63,319 nt of DNA, filler included, from Octopus bimaculoides (GCF_001194135.2; 6 parts of 6 records of this genome joined end to end with filler, not necessarily neighbours in it); one strand, 5' to 3'; counted from the first letter of the whole stretch, positions 36,864-50,387 are shown. Program-made: numbers and translations. Notes: generated from the letters alone by a model not told the origin.

Positions 36864-39067
36864 GTGTGTGTGTGTTAATTCAATTGGCTATTAATTTTTT
36901 AGGGGAGTTGCATTGAATTAAACCCTTGTTGAATGTGAACACGATAACAATGAAGTCTATGCAATATATGTTAATATCATAACATATAATGTGCGGAGTT
37001 ATGCACACATATGCACGGTTACAAATGTGCGTCTAACTCTGCACGATAGGATCCGAAGAATATTATGAGTGTACAATAATTTGTCTCACGCTTTTACACA
37101 TGAAATTCTCAGCCTAGTACATAATGCATTCTAATTTTATTTTCGTTTTAAAATTTTAATCTATTGTGTTAAATAAAGTGATATCACTTTATAAAAAACT
37201 TGCCAATGTAAATTTTAATACTTTACTAGTCGTAGAATTTTTTAGTGTTACTGCATATTTCAGATTTTAAGAAATATTTAAGCTGATACATATTCTTAAG
37301 AAGAGATGTTTTTAAAGATAAGCTTATGAAGATAAAAGAATATAAAATGAATATTAGTTTTTATAGCATGAATAAAAGATAGCATGCTTTCAAATAGCTA
37401 TACATATATTATTTCACAAATATATATATATATATATATATATAGTTATACACACGATGAATTCAAATTTTTCTTTCATGCGTCGAAAATTTAAGAATTT
37501 TGTAAGCAGCAATAATTCTCAAATCTAATAATCACATACATTCATACCTTTGCGCCCATTTACTCTGTTTTCTGTGAAAAAAAAAACATACCTTAATATA
37601 TTAAAAAATGTATGGGTGATCTACATAAAAACGTAAAAGACTAGACAAAAATATCAGGTATGTCTGCACAAATATAAAATAAATTTGCGTCTCAATTATT
37701 CGTTTGTAATGAATATTTATATTATTTCGTATGCATTTATTAAATAATGACTTGCATCCACACGTCTATACATTTATTATATTTCATTGACATTGTTATG
37801 TGTATTTAGATAATTACATTTATTTCTAGATTTTCTCAGTTTTCAGTATTTCAAGCCATAAAATATTCATTTAAGTAGGCAAACATTTTGTGACATACAC
37901 ATCATGTACTCTGTACATACTTACGGAATTTTATTCTTATAAAGCATAGGCAGATACGAATACGTAAGTAAATGTAATTGAAATAAATATATGTGAATAG
38001 GTATAAATATTACATGCTCATTGTTAATTTTCCTCAATATTTTCTTATGTGCATTCAGGGGAGCTTTTACATGTTTACATAAATAGAGAGTGAAAGAGGG
38101 AGGAGGGAGGGTGTAGAAATGTAGATAAGCTCAATTAAATTGCACACGCACACACACACACACACAAATNNNNNNNNNNATATATATATATATATATATA
38201 TACACGTTTACATAGAATATAAAAATACAGAATAATAAAAAATGCGTAATTTCTTAATTCGACAGCTGTTTCAAGAAGCTCAGAGATATATGATAATTAT
38301 AATATTCGTAATTTGCAGACGGAGTATGATGATGAAGAAGTGAAATGGAAACAGTTCGTGTGTTTATTATTGGCATAACAACCCATCTAATATACATCAA
38401 AAAATGCTTCAACACGCAAGATGATATCAAGAATCTTGCGAGCCAAATACAAAAAGAGAAACGAAATTGTCTATTCTTATTCACTAAATAGTTTCTAGTC
38501 TAAAAGAGAAGAAAATTTACAAAAATTTTCTCAACGCAAACGACCCTGTTTTTCTGTACTAATGACAAATATAACGTCTCGATGTCAAATTTGAGTGATG
38601 TATTCGAAATACTGTGACTCTTTTACTTGTCTTTATGTCTAACCTTGCTTGTAAATTTAGTGTCCAGTTGAAAATATTATTACAATAATTGACTACTCTT
38701 AGGTCATCTACATTATTGATTCTTTTATTTTTTGCATTTATCTTGGCTTAAAGAATTAATCTAATACGTCTGTAATAGTCCGCCATAATCTTTTCTTTTG
38801 ATTTGTGTCTGTTGTACTCTGTCACATTCATTGATTCCTAACTATTTGTACGTCTCTGTTTCTATATCTAGATTGTTATTAGTCATTTTAATTAATTTTC
38901 CTTTCATCAAAGTCGCCTTAATCACACATTGTAATCTGAATGTTATATCAATTCCTTTGGTAAAAGTTTTGTAATGTCTACAGAATACTGACTGACCCAA
39001 GTAAACAGGTTTACTTCATTGCACCCGCTCGCAAAAAGTAATAATAATGATGGCGGTGATAAAAAAG

Positions 39068-39068
39068 A

Positions 39069-39109
<41 letters not shown>

Positions 39110-39172
39110 GTAATAATAATAATAATAATAATAATCATAATAATAATCATAATAATCATAATAATAATAATA
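39068..39172 (+). repeat. (TAA)n microsatellite at the 5' junction of a Dong-like element
   Basis: Read directly from the sequence. Confidence 0.9.
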
Positions 39173-40288
39173 AAGGAAGTTGCTGACTAGATATGGGATA
39201 CTCCAACCAAAAATTGACACAGACTGTATGTACCAAGTAAAAAACGGGGGAAAAGGACTGATTTGATGCGGAGACAGCATTAGAGCAGAAGAAAACAACA
39301 CAGCATAGTATGTAAAAAAAATGCTACAGACCTACTATTATTGGAAAAAATAATGTCAGGCTTGTGTAGGATAAAAGATTGCAAAAATAAAGTACTGTAC
39401 AATCACCTGAGAATGAATGAAACTGAAAATAGGTGAATAAAGAAAAGAATGCATGGACAATTTCATAGGGATGTTAAAGACAGACAGAGAAAAATGATGG
39501 CTATGGATGACTAAAACTGATTTAAAACCGGAAAAGGAGGCTCTAATCTGTGATGCCTAAGAGCAAGCACTAAGAATGAATTACATCAAACACAGAATAG
39601 ACATTTCAGAAAGTGATAAGTGCAGAATTTGTGGACAAAATGGTGAAACCGTATGGCATATTACCAGGCAATGTGCGTCACTAGCCCAGAAGGAATATAA
39701 AAGATGTCATGACAATATAGCAAGGTTTGTCCATTGGACACTTTAAAACAAGTATGGACTTGACAGAGCAAAATGTGGTACGAACATAAACCCGAAGACA
39801 TCATCGAAAATGATAATGCAAAGAGCCTATAGGATTTTATGATTCAGTGCGACCATGAGACAGAGAATAGGAAACCAGACATAGTCTTAATTGAGAAAGA
39901 AATCAGATTATACTGGATCATAGATATAGCATGCCCAGCTGACAACACGGTATGCGATAAGAAGAAAGAAAAGTCGATAGATATGACAGGTTAACTTGGG
40001 AAGTTAAGCAGTTGTGGTCGATGAAAATGGTGGTAGTAGTAGTACCAATAATTGTCGGAACCCTGGGAACAGTGAGTAAAGATCTTGAGAAGTACATGGA
40101 ACAAGTAGGGGGTACGATAACGGTGGAGCACTTGCAGAAAACAGCATTGCTTGGAACCGCCCGAATACTCCGGACGGTGCTCGAAAAAGATGGGGGTGTT
40201 ACCTTAGTTCAGTGGTAGTGAAAGACGGCACCATAGTACATCTCCAGCGAACGAAGCTGTGCAAAGACAATAAAATAATAATAATAGC
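39173..40288 (+). mobile_element. 5'-truncated R4/Dong-like non-LTR retrotransposon (CCHC plus REL endonuclease, 3' UTR)
   Basis: MHGQF, CRICGQNGETVWHITRQC, HDNIAR, RKPDIVLI, IIDIACPAD, VPIIVGTLGTV...KTALLGTARILR; frameshifted; ends in AATAAAATAATAATAAT. Confidence 0.9.
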
Positions 40289-40499
40289 AATAATTTAGAG
40301 GTGGACAGTGAGGAACGCTGCAGTAGGCACCTTCTCTCGGCGGTGATGTGAGCTCTACCATCTTTCCTGATGTCAACATCTACCATCTTCCCTGTGTCGG
40401 AGAAATGTAAGATTTTGTGGGGCTTCCTATTCAAACGGACAAGAAGTTAGGAAATAATTAATCGAACATGACAATTATAGACAAGGAAATCATTTTTCT

Positions 40500-41090
40500 A
40501 AGTGCCAAGGTTAGGTGTAGCATGCAGAGAACGGAAAGTAACGGAGATAAGCTATCAGCCTGGAAAATCCCTTTTCTGATATCCAGGGTGACCAAGCTTT
40601 ACCGTAAGATATCAGTTCAATTTTATATCCTACCATACTTCTCTTCAGGAAACACGTTACATTCCTGGCAATTCCAAACAGATCTAAGCATTCTATGATC
40701 CATGAATGTGGAATCATATCATAAGCTTTGCGATAATCAATCCTGGCCATTCTCAGATTTGTTCTTCGTTTACAATCTTGCATTACCATTTTGTCTATCA
40801 ATAGTTGATCTTTGGTACCTCTGCATCTCCTTCTACAGCCTTTTCGTTTCGGCGGTAATAAATGGTTCTCATCAACAAACTTATACAGTTCTTCTGCAAT
40901 TCCTCCTGACAGTAACTTCCACATTAATGGGAGGCAGGAAACTGGTCTGTAATTGTCAGCAGCATTTCCCTTCGATCTATCCTTCAGACACAACACTGTT
41001 CGTCTTTTTGTCAAACCACCCGGGATTTCATCTTCTCCATTGATCAATGCATTAAATTGCTCAGCGATCAATTTCTTGCTTTCCACTTGG
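40500..41090 (-). mobile_element. R4/Dong-like reverse transcriptase fragment
   Basis: [17 protein letters not shown]...[17 protein letters not shown]...[19 protein letters not shown]. Confidence 0.9.
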
Positions 41091-41278
41091 TTCCGTTCTG
41101 AGTTCCACTGTGTAGCACCATGGGAAAGTGTCTTCAACTATAGCCACAGGTCGACCAAAGCTTTGCGGTTCGGCAAAAGATACCGATAGCATTAGTACTA
41201 GGCTTTAAAACCGTCCTGGAGTCGATTTGTTCAACTAAACCACTTCATGGCGTTGCCCCAGCATGGATGCAGTCATGT
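41090..41278 (+). mobile_element. SINE family A lacking the middle and microsatellite part
   Basis: The head (CACCATGGGAAAGTGTCTTCAACTATAGC) joins directly to the 3' part (GCGGTTCGGCAAAAGATACCGATAG...CCCCAGCATGGATGCAGTC). Confidence 0.7.
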
Positions 41279-41929
41279 AGCTTGGCCTCTTTTGAATACG
41301 ACCTGGGGAACATGCATGGAGTCATCGAAGGTTCTCATGATGTTCACGTTACCAAAAATGTGTCATGTTAAGAAAAATATTCGTTAAAAGAGAATCACAG
41401 ACGTGTCGGAATTGCAAATATGACGTGAATGTTCACGATTAGAAAATACAATTAAGGTTAACCTATGTTTAACAAATACAGAGTGAAAATGCCCTGACAG
41501 CATTTACAATTACTAGCGTTGCTATTTTCTGAAACAAGGCTATGCGTATACTTTGAGGTAATCTATCAATGCCCTTACAGAAATGGTTAAATAACTGCCT
41601 TGTTGTGCCAATTACAGTTAGGATGATTGACACGTTTCTTAATTGCTATAATGAAATTAATTCAACAAGCAGGACGCTATCATTTCTTAACTGTTCAGAT
41701 TGCTTCTGTACAACATAATAGTTATTTGGTATTATGTCGGTAATTAGCACACTATTGTTACATTTGTCAACGAGAATGATGTCGGGTTTCTAATGTGTTA
41801 TCTCGTGGGTTTTCAATACTGAGCTTCCATACTATTTACACTTCGATGTTTGTTTGTTTGTTTGTTTTTTTTTTTTTCTAAGACTCATGTAGTCTTAGAT
41901 TAGCAGCAGAAAGCCTTAAAATGAACTGG

Positions 41930-41953
41930 TTGATTACCATTATCATCATTTTG

Positions 41954-42005
<52 letters not shown>

Positions 42006-42145
42006 GTATTAGTATTATTATTGTTGTTGTTGTTGTTGTTGTTGTCCTTGTTGTTGTTGCTGTTGTTGTTGTCCTTGTTGTTGTTGTTATTATTATTATT
42101 ATTACTATTATTATTATTATTATTTTTATTATTATTATTACTTAC
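41930..42145 (+). repeat. Compound (ATT)n/(GTT)n microsatellite
   Basis: Read directly from the sequence. Confidence 0.9.
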
Positions 42146-42154
42146 TTTTAATCT

Positions 42155-42270
42155 GTTGTGGGCCGGGAAATGTCGATTATATTGACCCAGTTCATGACTG
42201 GTACTTATATCGATCGATCCCGAAAGGCTGAAGAAAATGTTGACTTCGCTGGAATTTGAACTCAGAATGG
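42155..42270 (-). mobile_element. SINE family B fragment
   Basis: GTCGATTATATTGACCCAG...GGTACTTAT...CCCGAAAGG...GAATTTGAACTCAGAA. Confidence 0.65.
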
Positions 42271-42479
42271 TGACAACGACGACGACGACGACGACGATGA
42301 TTGCTGAGAACTATGATTTTTCTTTTCCTCTGTGACTCTCTCTCCTTGCTTACGCTTTTTTGGTTCCACAAATCTGTTTTTCGGCTTTTCGATATATACA
42401 TATAGCGAATCGCTTTATTTCCTTTAATTAACTTCTTCTTCACTTGTCTTTGAACTCCACTCATTTCTCCTCTTAACAT

Positions 42480-42960
42480 CCAATTGTATCGGTCACGATA
42501 AATCTCTCCATTCCTTTCACAAACATGAAAGACTGGCTGTTTGTATTTTCTCACAATATTTCCCTGTTTAATATTTTTTTTTCTTCAATATGTTTTTTAT
42601 CACTGCAACCAAAAATATCAAAAATCCATACCTGCTTTTGATGGCTATTCACAAAAATTAAATCTGGACTTCTGACAGTCATACATTTACGCTTGTTTTA
42701 TTCAAAATCCCAACATATTTTTGTTTCCCCCACCAATTTTGTCACTCTATCTCACCCGGCTTTACAATATGCTACAGATCTCTCCTCTGATGCTTTCTTT
42801 GCTTAAGCTAATGTTAAGTCCATCAATGCGTTATTTGTCTTTTCTCTGTTTTAATAATTATTCTCAGCAAGTATTTTACATCGTGGCATCAAAGGTGAAA
42901 TATTTCTCGCTCTTCTTCAGATATCCTCCACATCTCTTGTGTCACTTTCATCTCTCATGC
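42480..42960 (-). mobile_element. Old R4/Dong-like REL endonuclease fragment
   Basis: Minus-strand WDFE*...RSPDLIFVNSHQKQVWIFDIFGCSDKKHIEEKK follows the REL WD...RPD...D...EK pattern; upstream CKILAENNY. Confidence 0.55.
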
Positions 42961-43225
42961 AGTTTTCGATGCTCCTACGTATTTTTGTTCTGTTTATTTT
43001 ATATCACATCTGATGATAAATAACGTCGTTTGGTTAGAAGTTACCGACGGTTCGCTGCCTTTTTTTGTTTTTTAAAGGAGAGAATGAGAATGATAAGGGA
43101 AACTCCATACCACGTGGTGCAGAACAAATACAACACAATGAGTTTTTATTCGAAAGTACCGGTTTTTACAGTTTTCTCAATAATATTTATATCTTACCTT
43201 TCATTTACACCAGAGAAAGACAGAT

Positions 43226-43258
<33 letters not shown>

Positions 43259-43411
43259 CATACATTAACACCCACACAAATGAACAAATATGCATATATA
43301 TGTGTGTATATATATACAATATTACAATTTATATACATATATAATTAATAGCAAAAGAAGCGGTATTAATACCAAAACGCAATATTCACGATTACCTTTT
43401 ATATATGTATG

Positions 43412-43550
<139 letters not shown>

Positions 43551-44398
43551 ATATATATATATATANNNNNNNNNNNNNNNNNNNNNNNNNNNNNNNNNNN
43601 NNNNNNNNNNNNNNNNNNNNNNNNNNNNNNNNNNNNNNNNNNNNNNNNNNNNNNNNNNNNNNNNNNNNNNNNNNNNNNNNNNNNNNNTATATACAGACAT
43701 ACGTATGTATGTATACTTATCCGGTTATGTGTCTTATGTTTATATATACACATACGAGTCTATATTATTTCCATGCGTATACAAAGCAGTTCCGCACGGT
43801 CAGTATTTCTTGACGACCATATTCCATGCAGCAAGCAATTGGTCGACCCACGAATTAAACAGAACCCAATTCATCAAGATTCGTTGCAGTTGGATCAAAC
43901 TTGAAACCACGTGGATACAAACGAAATTTCTTCATCAAACGCTACACCCACACACATACACTTTCCTTAATGATGGAACAATTGTCGTTTATTTCTAAGT
44001 TACAGCTTAACTCTCCATGGATTATGCATAAGCAGGTCTTAACAATTTCCCCACCCCCGTACGGTATTATTATCTTTATACTGCTTAACTTTGAATTTCT
44101 CCAGCTCTTTTGAAGTATCTTTTATACATTTCCCTTGCATCCTGTTCCTTGATCTATGATTCATTCAGTCATTTCTCTTACGGATTTTATCCCTTACCAA
44201 ATCTCACCATTCTTCCAACGCTGAGCTTTATTACGTTTGTCGCTTCTGTTTAATTAGAAAGTATTCGTTCATGATCTTCCTTTTATATGTTGTGTTTAAA
44301 CCATTCATATATTTCCTTGCAACATACTGCTAGTTTGCATACACACGTCTGTGTGTGTGTGTATGTTTGTGCGTTGTATGTACACTAGGAACGAATTT

Positions 44399-44429
<31 letters not shown>

Positions 44430-44691
44430 NNNNNNNNNNNNNNNNNNNNNNNNNNNNNNNNNNNNNNNNNNNNNNNNNNNNNNNNNNNNNNNNNNNNNNN
44501 NNNNNNNNNNNNNNNNNNNNNNNNNNNNNNNNNNNNNNNNNNNNNNNNNNTATATACATACATATATGTATGTTTTTTGTGTATATATGTATGTGTTCAT
44601 ATATGCTAGAAGTATGTTGCATATATACATACCTACATACATACATATATATGTATGTCTACTATACACACACACACACACACACACACGC

Positions 44692-44736
<45 letters not shown>

Positions 44737-45168
44737 ACTATATGGTATGCATATATATTTATGTACATATATATACACATTTATGTGTATATAAATGTGT
44801 GTATGTGTGAGTGTGCGTGTGTGTAAGTGTGTACATATGTGTGTGACTCTCTATGCATACTTAATTCATAATGTCGAAACATCGATATCAATATTCCCAG
44901 GCAAATTATACCCTTATCATCATTTTCTTGCCTACCAAGCAGGATTTTCCCTCAGACAATTCTATGAAATGTTTGCGTTCTCCATTTTGAATTCAATTCG
45001 GCTCAATGAAGCCACGCTCAAAACATTTCATTCTGTTGAAACAATTTTGTATTTTAGAAGGGAAGGAGGTGGAGGTTATATGAGCTGAAAATAACAGCAA
45101 AATCATCTTCTAAAAATATATACTTTACATCCTACTAAGACGAAAAGGGGAGCAATTTTGTTTCAGAT

Positions 45169-45621
45169 CAGTGGCTCTCAGCCGGTGTCCCTGAAGGTCC
45201 ATATACGATTTCGAGGGTTCCATGTAGCAGAATTGTGAATTGGGGATCCACAATGTTTGTTTAAAGGCTCCTGAAAAGTTTTGCTTTAGATGTGTGTATT
45301 TTCTGCAATACATATTCTGGTTGATAATGCTGCTATTGATCAACTTAGGATCAATAAGAATTCCTTGAATAATGATAGCATTAACCCTACCTGGAATTGA
45401 ACCCAGGTTATTCTATTAAATATTATTTGTAAGAAAAACCAAGGTTTCTTTCTCTAACATGGTTTTTCCTACACAAGTTATTGTGTTTAAAACAAAATAA
45501 GAATTTTGAAAGCAGTTCCTATAAAACTAGTTTTTCGACATCAAATGCCAATGGGGGTCCACAAGAATAAAATGGTAACCAAAGGAGTCCATAGGTAAGA
45601 AAAATAGTTGAAAACCCTTAT
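45169..45621. mobile_element. hAT (Charlie-like) non-autonomous element, degenerate
   Basis: Left end CAGTGGCTCTCAGCC, right end AGTTGAAAACCCTT (cf. CAGTGGTTCTCAACC/GGTTGAGAACCACTG), with internal GGGGTCCA motifs. Confidence 0.5.
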
Positions 45622-47155
45622 GCGAGATAAAATGGGCTTGATTAGAAGACGGAATTGTTACGGCTGAAACGCATGTCGTCACAGATGTGTATCTAACCTG
45701 GAACACAACTGCAACAAAACTTTACTTATAATATTCACTAGATTATTGTGAAATTTCGATTTCCTTGTTGTTTTGTTATATTTCTTGTATTTTTTACTTC
45801 CTTCCTAGAAAGTAAAGATACAAAATCTTTCGTTTTCTTGAAGATTTCCTAATTTTACAAAATATACAAAATACCTTTAAATACATCCAGCTTTTGTTCT
45901 TTAAACATATTTATTATTCCTACGTTTATATGGTTTTTACTGTAATTCTTTTCAGTATATTTCATATTGCTCCATTTCTAAACGTGTAACATCCTCTTAA
46001 TTCAATGTTAAGCTCTCACAGTAAAGTCAAACGTGAGTATTGGATAAGTTCTTTATGTTGTGGAGAAGGCGGTACTGAAATGTCAGCGATTCCTTCTTCC
46101 TATATCTTACCATTTTAAACAGACTCATGAACTTTACCATACAGCTAATGCTGACTTAGCTCAGACCACCAACCTTTCTCTCGAATTCTTTCTTTGTTTT
46201 GTTATGTTCTAATATAAAGTTACTTTCAGTTGATGGCTTTCTTTACACAATATAATTGCGTCAAAGAACGGAATCTAGATACACCAAATACTTCTGTGTC
46301 GTAGACTTCTCTCCCTCTCTCTCTCTCTCNNNNNNNNNNNNNNNNNNNNNNNNNNNNNNNNNNNNNNNNNNNNNNNNNNNNNNNNNNNNNNNNNNNNNNN
46401 NNNNNNNNNNNNNNNNNNNNNNNNNNNNNNNNNNNNNNNNNNNNNNNNNNNNNNNNNNNNNNNNNNNNNNNNNNNNNNNNNNNNNNNNNNNNNNNNNNNN
46501 NNNNNNNNNNNNNNNNNNNNNNNNNNNNNNNNNNNNNNNNNNNNNNNNNNNNNNNNNNNNNNNNNNNNNNNNNNNNNNNNNNNNNNNNNNNNNNNNNNNN
46601 NNNNNNNNNNNNNNNNNNNNNNNNNNNNNNNNNNNNNNNNNNNNNNNNNNNNNNNNNNNNNNNNNNNNNNNNNNNNNNNNNNNNNNNNNNNNNNNNNNNN
46701 NNNNNNNNNNNNNNNNNNNNNNNNNNNNNNNNNNNNNNNNNNNNNNNNNNNNNNNNNNNNNNNNNNNNNNNNNNNNNNNNNNNNNNNNNNNNNNNNNNNN
46801 NNNNNNNNNNNNNNNNNNNNNNNNNNNNNNNNNNNNNNNNNNNNNNNNNNNNNNNNNNNNNNNNNNNNNNNNNNNNNNNNNNNNNNNNNNNNNNNNNNNN
46901 NNNNNNNNNNNNNNNNNNNNNNNNNNNNNNNNNNNNNNNNNNNNNNNNNNNNNNNNNNNNNNNNNNNNNNNNNNNNNNNNNNNNNNNNNNNNNNNNNNNN
47001 NNNNNNNNNNNNNNNNNNNNNNNNNNNGTGTGTGTGTGCGTGTGTGTGTGTGTGTGTGTATGTATATATGTGTGTGTGTGTGTGTGTTTGTGCTTGTGTG
47101 TGTGAGCGAGAGTATGTGTGTCTGTATGGATGTATGTATTTGTCTCAGACAAAAT

Positions 47156-47269
47156 CGGATTCGAGACGCTTTGGCACAGCCGTTTCGGCGTCGCCAAAAC
47201 AGGTCGAATATGTACTCAGCCGTGTCAAATTGTCCACGTTTAAACTGTTACGCCCAATCGTCCCATTCC
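47156..47269. mobile_element. Possible short TIR element (MITE)
   Basis: GGATTCGAGACGCTTTGGC ... GCCCAATCGTCCCATTCC form an imperfect inverted pair; GC-rich interior in an AT-rich context. Confidence 0.3.
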
Positions 47270-48456
47270 AAGCAAAATCAAACCTCAATAGGACAGATCT
47301 GGAGTCCCTGGTTTGTAGGGAAAATTTGGAAATCCCCTCTATCGCTTAGTAGCTTCTAGTTGCATCGTTGTTGCGCTGCTGTTGTTGTTGCTGCAATTAC
47401 CGCAGCTGCTGCTGATGCTGATGCTAGTGCTGCTGTTGCTCTTGTTGTTGTTGTTGTTGTTGAAGCCACCACCGGCAACACATTCCATCTTGTTTTAACT
47501 CTCATGTCAAACAACATATATGACAATAAGGACGTCCGTACGTGGTCTGGAGACCTGCAAGACATAGAAGCTAATTTTCGTTCAAATCAAACTCCACCAT
47601 TTTGAAAAGAATAATTTTAAAACAAAACGTCAGAGGAAAAAAAAGGATATTTGACGATATTATATTAGCTAAATTATGTCTGAAAAGTAGGGATGGTCAC
47701 TGTTAGAATGTGTTTCGTCTCCTTGATCAAAGATTACTTGCACTTAAACCACAACAACAACATCAACAACAGCAACACACCTTGATACAAGCGTCCTCTC
47801 ATGTACACGCGTGTGATCAAGTCGCGATACACCGTATCAAAAGGATTCTGTAATAAAAATGTGTCGTTATATCCACGTTTCTATGGTGATATCTGATTTC
47901 ATCTGTGATGTATTTGCGTATCAGCAATTGAATTACGCTGTCGAATATATGCCTATCTAGCTATTATTATATTCAAATAATATACACATAAATGTATATA
48001 TAAGAATAAGTATATATATATATATATATATATATNNNNNNNNNNNNNNNNNNNNNNNNNNNNNNNNNNNNNNNNNNNNNNNNNNNNNNNNNNNNNNNNN
48101 NNNNNNNNNNNNNNNNNNNNNNNNNNNNNNNNNNNNNNNNNNNNNNNNNNNNNNNNNNNNNNNNNNNNNNNNNNNNNNNNNNNNNNNNNNNNNNNNNNNN
48201 NNNNNNNNNNNNNNNNNNNNNNNNNNNNNNNNNNNNNNNNNNNNNNNNNNNNNNNNNNNNNNNNNNNNNNNNNNNNNNNNNNNNNNNNNNNNNNNNNNNN
48301 NNNNNNNNNNNNNNNNNNNNNNNNNNNNNNNNNNNNNNNNNNNNNNNNNNNNTATATATATATACGTACATATATATATATATATATACAGAGCGATATA
48401 GATATATATGTGTGTGCCTGCGTGTGTGTATGCGCGCGTGCGCGCTCGTGAATGCA

Positions 48457-48570
48457 TCATTGTTCAGTTTTATTTCAAAATTTCTTGCCAATAAAGAACC
48501 GGTTTCTAACCTAGATCCAAGAGTCCTTCATTGGAGTTTCAGCATCAACAACAGGGTATTTTTGTTTGTA
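48457..48570 (-). mobile_element. Short repeat family C, copy 2
   Basis: Homologous to 21690-21795 and followed by (TATG)n. Confidence 0.7.
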
Positions 48571-49182
48571 TGCATGTCTGTATGTACGTACGCATGTCTG
48601 TATGTATGTATGTATGTATGTATGTATGTATGTATGCATGTATGTATGTATGTATGTATGTATATGTTCTCCTTCACATTTGGTGTAAATTTTAGCAGTA
48701 CACCTACTTTGTAGCAAGGCTATAAAGGAAAGTATCTTGTTTTAACTATCGTCCTTTAAATATTAAGATGGTCTTTGCAGATTTTAATCTCTCCAGATAT
48801 TGTGATTATTTGTAGCATATGAGTTAAAAATTTGCATTTTCTCCCCAAGAACCCAAGTTCACCCATACTTCGCTCCAGACGTATTGGCATGTATTCTGCT
48901 GCTCTAATAATAATAGTTATGAAGCTGACAGTGTACCTTGGTTACTAAATTTGCAAACTCCTTATCAACGGTCCATAGATGTCTTCTTTATCTTGTATTT
49001 TTCTAACCACACTGGTGTCCAGAGGGCAGCTGTTTCTACAAAAAACTTATTTTCCTTGTGGTCACCACACTGCAATATCTGGACAGTTGTGTACGTATGT
49101 ACGTATGTAAGTATGTATATATATATATATGTCGCTTCTATTATGTATGTATGTCTCTTCTATTATGTATGTATGTATGCAT

Positions 49183-49300
49183 GTCATTCAGTTTATTTCA
49201 AGATGTCTTGCCAATAGAGAAAGAACCGGTTTCTAACCCAGATCCAAGGTTCTTTCATTGGAATTTCAACATCAGCAACAGGGTATTTTTGTTTGTATGT
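49183..49300 (-). mobile_element. Short repeat family C, copy 3
   Basis: Homologous to 21690-21795, with (TATG)n on both sides. Confidence 0.7.
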
Positions 49301-50046
49301 ATGTATTACATATCCCAGGGCCCCAATAATTGCAGGTATAAACCTGAACTTGTAATATGTATGTATGTATCTTCTAGTATATGTAAGTATGTATGTATGT
49401 ATGTATGTATGTATGTATGTATGTATGCATGCATGCATGGTTTTTCATGTATGGTTGCTTCCACTGTCTGGTCTTTATTGTCGTCAGCCTGAAGTAAATT
49501 CTTAGTGACAGACACATACGTCGTTTCTTCGTTTAAATTTTCCCACGCCGGAAGGAGATCGGCTCGAAGTAATATATTACCCAATACTAACCAATATAGT
49601 TGAATAAATATATGGATTCATAAATTAATGCTACATCACAAAGCACTTAAGATTCTAATTACAGTTTGACTTCTTCCACTAAAATCTTTGTATGCTATTA
49701 TTATGTCGCATAGACTATTTTGTTCCTCTTCTTCCATACACATTTTCTAATGTGTTTTACATTAATCGAAGCTCCATGTCATAGCTTCTAATTATTCTGT
49801 CCATCTATAATGATACTAATGTCCTGGTTTTCGTTTCTGTGTGCTAGATATTGCACGTTTATATGAATAAAGTTATGGCTATAAAATAAAATTATTTATT
49901 TTATAATCATTTGTTTTTAGGTTCGACACCGATGTGTAGCACATTTGCGAAGTAAATGTGCTAACGCCTTACTATGATCAATATATTTATATTTATATAT
50001 ATATATATATATCTATATCTGTGTGTATATATATATATATATATAT

Positions 50047-50287
50047 ATTTATTTATGTGTTTCAGCCAAGTGGCTGCGGTCATGCTGGTGCACCACCGTG
50101 ATTTTCACGTTCCTTGCATGGCTCTTCTCCCCACCTGACATGGTCCAATCAAGAGTTTTGATGGCACATCTGGTGTATAAGAGAATTTGACATAGCTGCC
50201 CTAAACTGCGTCTCATTACGAGCCATAGGTTCGTCTGGTATCGTGGAGAGGAAAGCGTCAAGTCTTGTCTTGAAGACCTCCGCATCC
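50047..50287 (-). mobile_element. CR1-group LINE 3' end (ORF2 C-terminus, stop, 3' UTR, tail)
   Basis: DAEVFKTRLDAFLSTIPDEP...RAAMSNSLIHQMCHQNS* (stop 50149-50151); tail GGTGCACCAGCATGACCGCAGCCACTTGGCTGAAACACATAAATA; cut by the scaffold end. Confidence 0.8.
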
Positions 50288-50387
50288 NNNNNNNNNNNNN
50301 NNNNNNNNNNNNNNNNNNNNNNNNNNNNNNNTTAATTAATTAANNNNNNNNNNNNNNNNNNNNNNNNNNNNNNNNNNNNNNNNNNNN
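50288..50387. other. Artificial scaffold-joining spacer
   Basis: N44-TTAATTAATTAA-N44. Confidence 0.95.

Noticed and set aside
38265-38490. Plus-strand acceptor followed by EIYDNYNIRNLQTEYDDEE
   Set aside because: Short, no convincing donor or partner exon, and on a different scaffold from the receptor exons.
39173-41090. Opposite-orientation RT and REL fragments as a twin-priming inversion
   Set aside because: The inverted RT piece lies downstream of the 3' tail, whereas twin priming places it upstream; independent insertions are more likely.
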